Shown in pieces: positions 61,462 to 64,000 of a stretch of 64,000 bases of DNA. How positions within the stretch are numbered: the first letter of the stretch is position 1; every line of letters begins with the position of its first letter. Below the pieces are notes generated by a model. It was given only the letters and a program-made list of their open reading frames with translations, had not been told where the DNA came from and did no database searches. The position numbers and the translations under genes are program-made. Origin of the DNA: Candidatus Marinacidobacterales bacterium (GTDB lineage Bacteria; Acidobacteriota; Vicinamibacteria; Marinacidobacterales; DATDRI01); the NCBI GenBank assembly GCA_965226495.1, contig OZ245365.1:4512001-4576000 (forward strand), written 5' to 3'.

Positions 61462-63999
61462 CTAGTTGGTGGGGACGAGCCGCTTGAGCTCCTCGAACCA
61501 GTTCAATACGACGTTGATCTGTGTGGCACCGCCCGTTTGCGACTCGACTGGCTCCAGCATCAGGAACCGCTGACCGTCCGGACTGACATCGTAAAATGGA
61601 TAGCTGAAACCGGTTGGCAAATACGGTCCTTCAAAAAGCATCTGAGGCTTTCCCGGCCTAAAGCCGGATTCCATGTCGATTGGCACAGCCATCATGCTAA
61701 TCCCACTGCGGTAAAACAATTCTCCTCCTTCGGGGTTCCAGACCGGCTCCTGGCCTCCATTCGTCGAAATCTGCCACTTCCCGCCGGGGCCGGGATACGG
61801 CTGCGCGTAAACCTCTCTCCGGCCCGACTCGTCCGAGGAATAGGCGATCCATTTCCCGTCCGGCGAAAACTTCGGTGCAGTTTCTTCGTAGCGGGTCGAA
61901 AGGAACGGGTGCGCCTCCCGATCCGCCAGATTCAGTACCCAGATGTCGCGCGCAGTCTCCGGGTTGGATACGGTAAACGCCAGCAGTTGCCCGTCCGGGG
62001 AAAACGACGCCGGGGGAGTTTGACGATCATTCGTCGTCAGCCGTTCCGTGCCACCGCTACCATCGGCCATTTGCCAGAACATGTTGAGTGGGCCTTCACG
62101 GCTTGAAAGGAACGCGATCCGCCTCGCGTCGGGCGACCAGGCGGGAACGTTGTTGTTAGGTCCCTCAAAAGTCAGTCGGGTAAGGGCGTCTCGGAAAACG
62201 TCGTAAACCCAAACATGAATCTCACCCCTCTCTGCGATTCCGACGGCTACACGCTGGCCGTCGGGAGAGACCTGGGGGTACTCGTACTGCCGAGGGGGCG
62301 CGGACAAGGATTCAGCCACACCCTGGCGATCCACCCAAACCAGAGTGCTCGTTAATCTCTCCACAGTGCCGGGAACGTAGGCGAGTGTCCCCGTTCGGGA
62401 GACGGCAAACTGCGCACCGCCACGGCGTGTACCGGGAGAGCGAATACCTTCTATGACAGGCACCGGAGAGCCAGAGATTTCCAGCCGACCGGGATCAAAT
62501 GGAACGGCCATCAAGGTTCCCGCCTGGTAATAGACCAGATGCCCCGTGGAAAGGTAATGGGGGAAGGTGCCGCCTTGCACGAGGACCTTGCGCTCACCCG
62601 TATCGAGACGCTGAGTCATGATCGCCTGAGCCATGCTCGCGGCTCTCAACCCGAAGAGCATCGCTTGCCCTCCGGGCAGAATCTGCGGCCAGAAAGGAAT
62701 GCCATGGGCCCTCGCATCCGAGGACGTGAGGACCTCGGGCGTCCCACCGTCTGCCGATATCCGATGGAGGTCCTCAGCACTGAACGCGCCAAAGATGATT
62801 CTGTCATCGGCTCCCCAAGTTGCCCCCTGGGGACGCTCACTCGTCGACGTGATCGTCACGACTTCTCTGCCGGTGAGCGAAACCTTCTTCAGTTCTCCTC
62901 CCGCATGAAAGCCCACCCACCGCCCGTCGGGGGAAAAAAATGGGCTGTCGCCACCTTCAGTACCCAAAAGGGCCTCGTCTTCGAGGCGATTCATGGAACG
63001 TACGTAGAGTTGCGGTGGATCGTTTCCCTTTTGCGCCGAGTACACCATGTGGGAACCATCCGGTGAAAGAGCCAGGGGCGCCATGGTGGTCGGCGGAATG
63101 ACTTCGTCAGCTTGCAAGGCGACCACCATGCGCGTCACCGGCAGGGACGGTACGGGCCGCAGATTCCATCCGGCAACGCTCGCAATGATGGCTCCGACTC
63201 CAAGGCCGAGGGCCAACGGAATCGCACCTCGCCAGCTGGTACGGGAAAAGACCCCTGCAGCGTCTGTTGCCACGCCTACTTCTGACCCACCGTCGGCAAT
63301 CCACCTCAATTCGTCATGCAAGTCCTTCGCGGATTGCCATCTGTCCTCTTGCGCTTTCGCCAGGCATTTCTTCACCACGCGGTCCAGAGCCGGGGGCGTC
63401 ATCGTCTTAACTTCAGTCATCGGTTGCGGCTCGGAGTTCATGATCGCGCCGATCAAACTGGCCTGACTCGTCCCTTCAAATGCCTTCTTCCCCGTGGCCA
63501 TCTCATAGACCACGGCACCAAAGGCGAAGAGGTCCGTCCTCGCATCGGCCTCTTTGCCTTCCAACTGCTCGGGAGCCATGTACTGGAACGTTCCGAGGAT
63601 CGAACCCTCCTGAGTGAGAGGTTTCGCCTCCGTGAGCAAGGCCGATACGCCATCGGCATTCGTTTCCGCCGCCGTCATCTTCGCAAGCCCAAAGTCGAGA
63701 AGCTTCGCTCCAGACTTCGTGAGCATGATGTTCCCGGGCTTCAAGTCCCGATGCACGACGCCTTGGCGATGGGCTTTGTCTAATGCGTCCGCGATTTCGA
63801 TTCCACGCTGCAGAGCCTGGTCAAGAGGGAGAGCGCCCTTCTTCAATCGGTCGGCGAGCGTGTCTCCTTCGATGTGTTCCATGACCATGAAGTCGATGCC
63901 ATTCTCGCTGCCGATGTCGTAAAGCGTGCAGATGTGTGGATGGTTGAGGCTGGAGACGGCGCGGGCTTCTCGCTCGAATCGTTCTTTGAGCCGGGCGTT
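61462..63999 (-). CDS. Ser/Thr kinase-TM-beta-propeller, 5'-truncated by window edge
   Basis: Frame is open to the window end. [18 protein letters not shown] repeats, VVLNWFEELKRLVPTN. Confidence 0.93.
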   Translation of the reverse strand, partial: NARLKERFEREARAVSSLNHPHICTLYDIGSENGIDFMVMEHIEGDTLADRLKKGALPLDQALQRGIEIADALDKAHRQGVVHRDLKPGNIMLTKSGAKLLDFGLAKMTAAETNADGVSALLTEAKPLTQEGSILGTFQYMAPEQLEGKEADARTDLFAFGAVVYEMATGKKAFEGTSQASLIGAIMNSEPQPMTEVKTMTPPALDRVVKKCLAKAQEDRWQSAKDLHDELRWIADGGSEVGVATDAAGVFSRTSWRGAIPLALGLGVGAIIASVAGWNLRPVPSLPVTRMVVALQADEVIPPTTMAPLALSPDGSHMVYSAQKGNDPPQLYVRSMNRLEDEALLGTEGGDSPFFSPDGRWVGFHAGGELKKVSLTGREVVTITSTSERPQGATWGADDRIIFGAFSAEDLHRISADGGTPEVLTSSDARAHGIPFWPQILPGGQAMLFGLRAASMAQAIMTQRLDTGERKVLVQGGTFPHYLSTGHLVYYQAGTLMAVPFDPGRLEISGSPVPVIEGIRSPGTRRGGAQFAVSRTGTLAYVPGTVERLTSTLVWVDRQGVAESLSAPPRQYEYPQVSPDGQRVAVGIAERGEIHVWVYDVFRDALTRLTFEGPNNNVPAWSPDARRIAFLSSREGPLNMFWQMADGSGGTERLTTNDRQTPPASFSPDGQLLAFTVSNPETARDIWVLNLADREAHPFLSTRYEETAPKFSPDGKWIAYSSDESGRREVYAQPYPGPGGKWQISTNGGQEPVWNPEGGELFYRSGISMMAVPIDMESGFRPGKPQMLFEGPYLPTGFSYPFYDVSPDGQRFLMLEPVESQTGGATQINVVLNWFEELKRLVPTN

Positions 64000-64000
64000 A

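Overview
GC-rich bacterial window. Gene content suggests Acidobacteriota (inference only). Two housekeeping blocks (icd-mdh-sucC-sucD-ndk-dcd-dut; recG-rsmD-coaD-aminotransferase; plus tRNA-fMet) alternate with accessory regions dominated by Hanks-type Ser/Thr kinases: 11 kinase genes in 64 kb. Six are head-to-tail, translationally coupled kinase-TM-beta-propeller genes at 2.8-18.9 kb. Four more surround an ECF43-like sigma factor at 31-46 kb, and one partial copy sits at the right edge. The most notable signal is a candidate diversifying receptor-kinase repertoire: near-identical, mosaic kinase domains carry variable and apparently swapped sensor domains. Separate loci share a conserved promoter cassette, one kinase retains a vestigial ECF-sigma 3' end upstream, and a dispersed GTTAC-N5-GTTAC/TCCGGA-palindrome motif brackets the array and recurs next to tRNA-fMet. 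Also present: an IS1182-family element inserted in a palindrome, a ~163-bp MITE-like hairpin, REP-like repeats, two intact toxin-antitoxin pairs plus an orphan antitoxin, an HNH gene, and an orphan CheB lacking its catalytic Ser. Several frameshifts and short duplications may be assembly artefacts.
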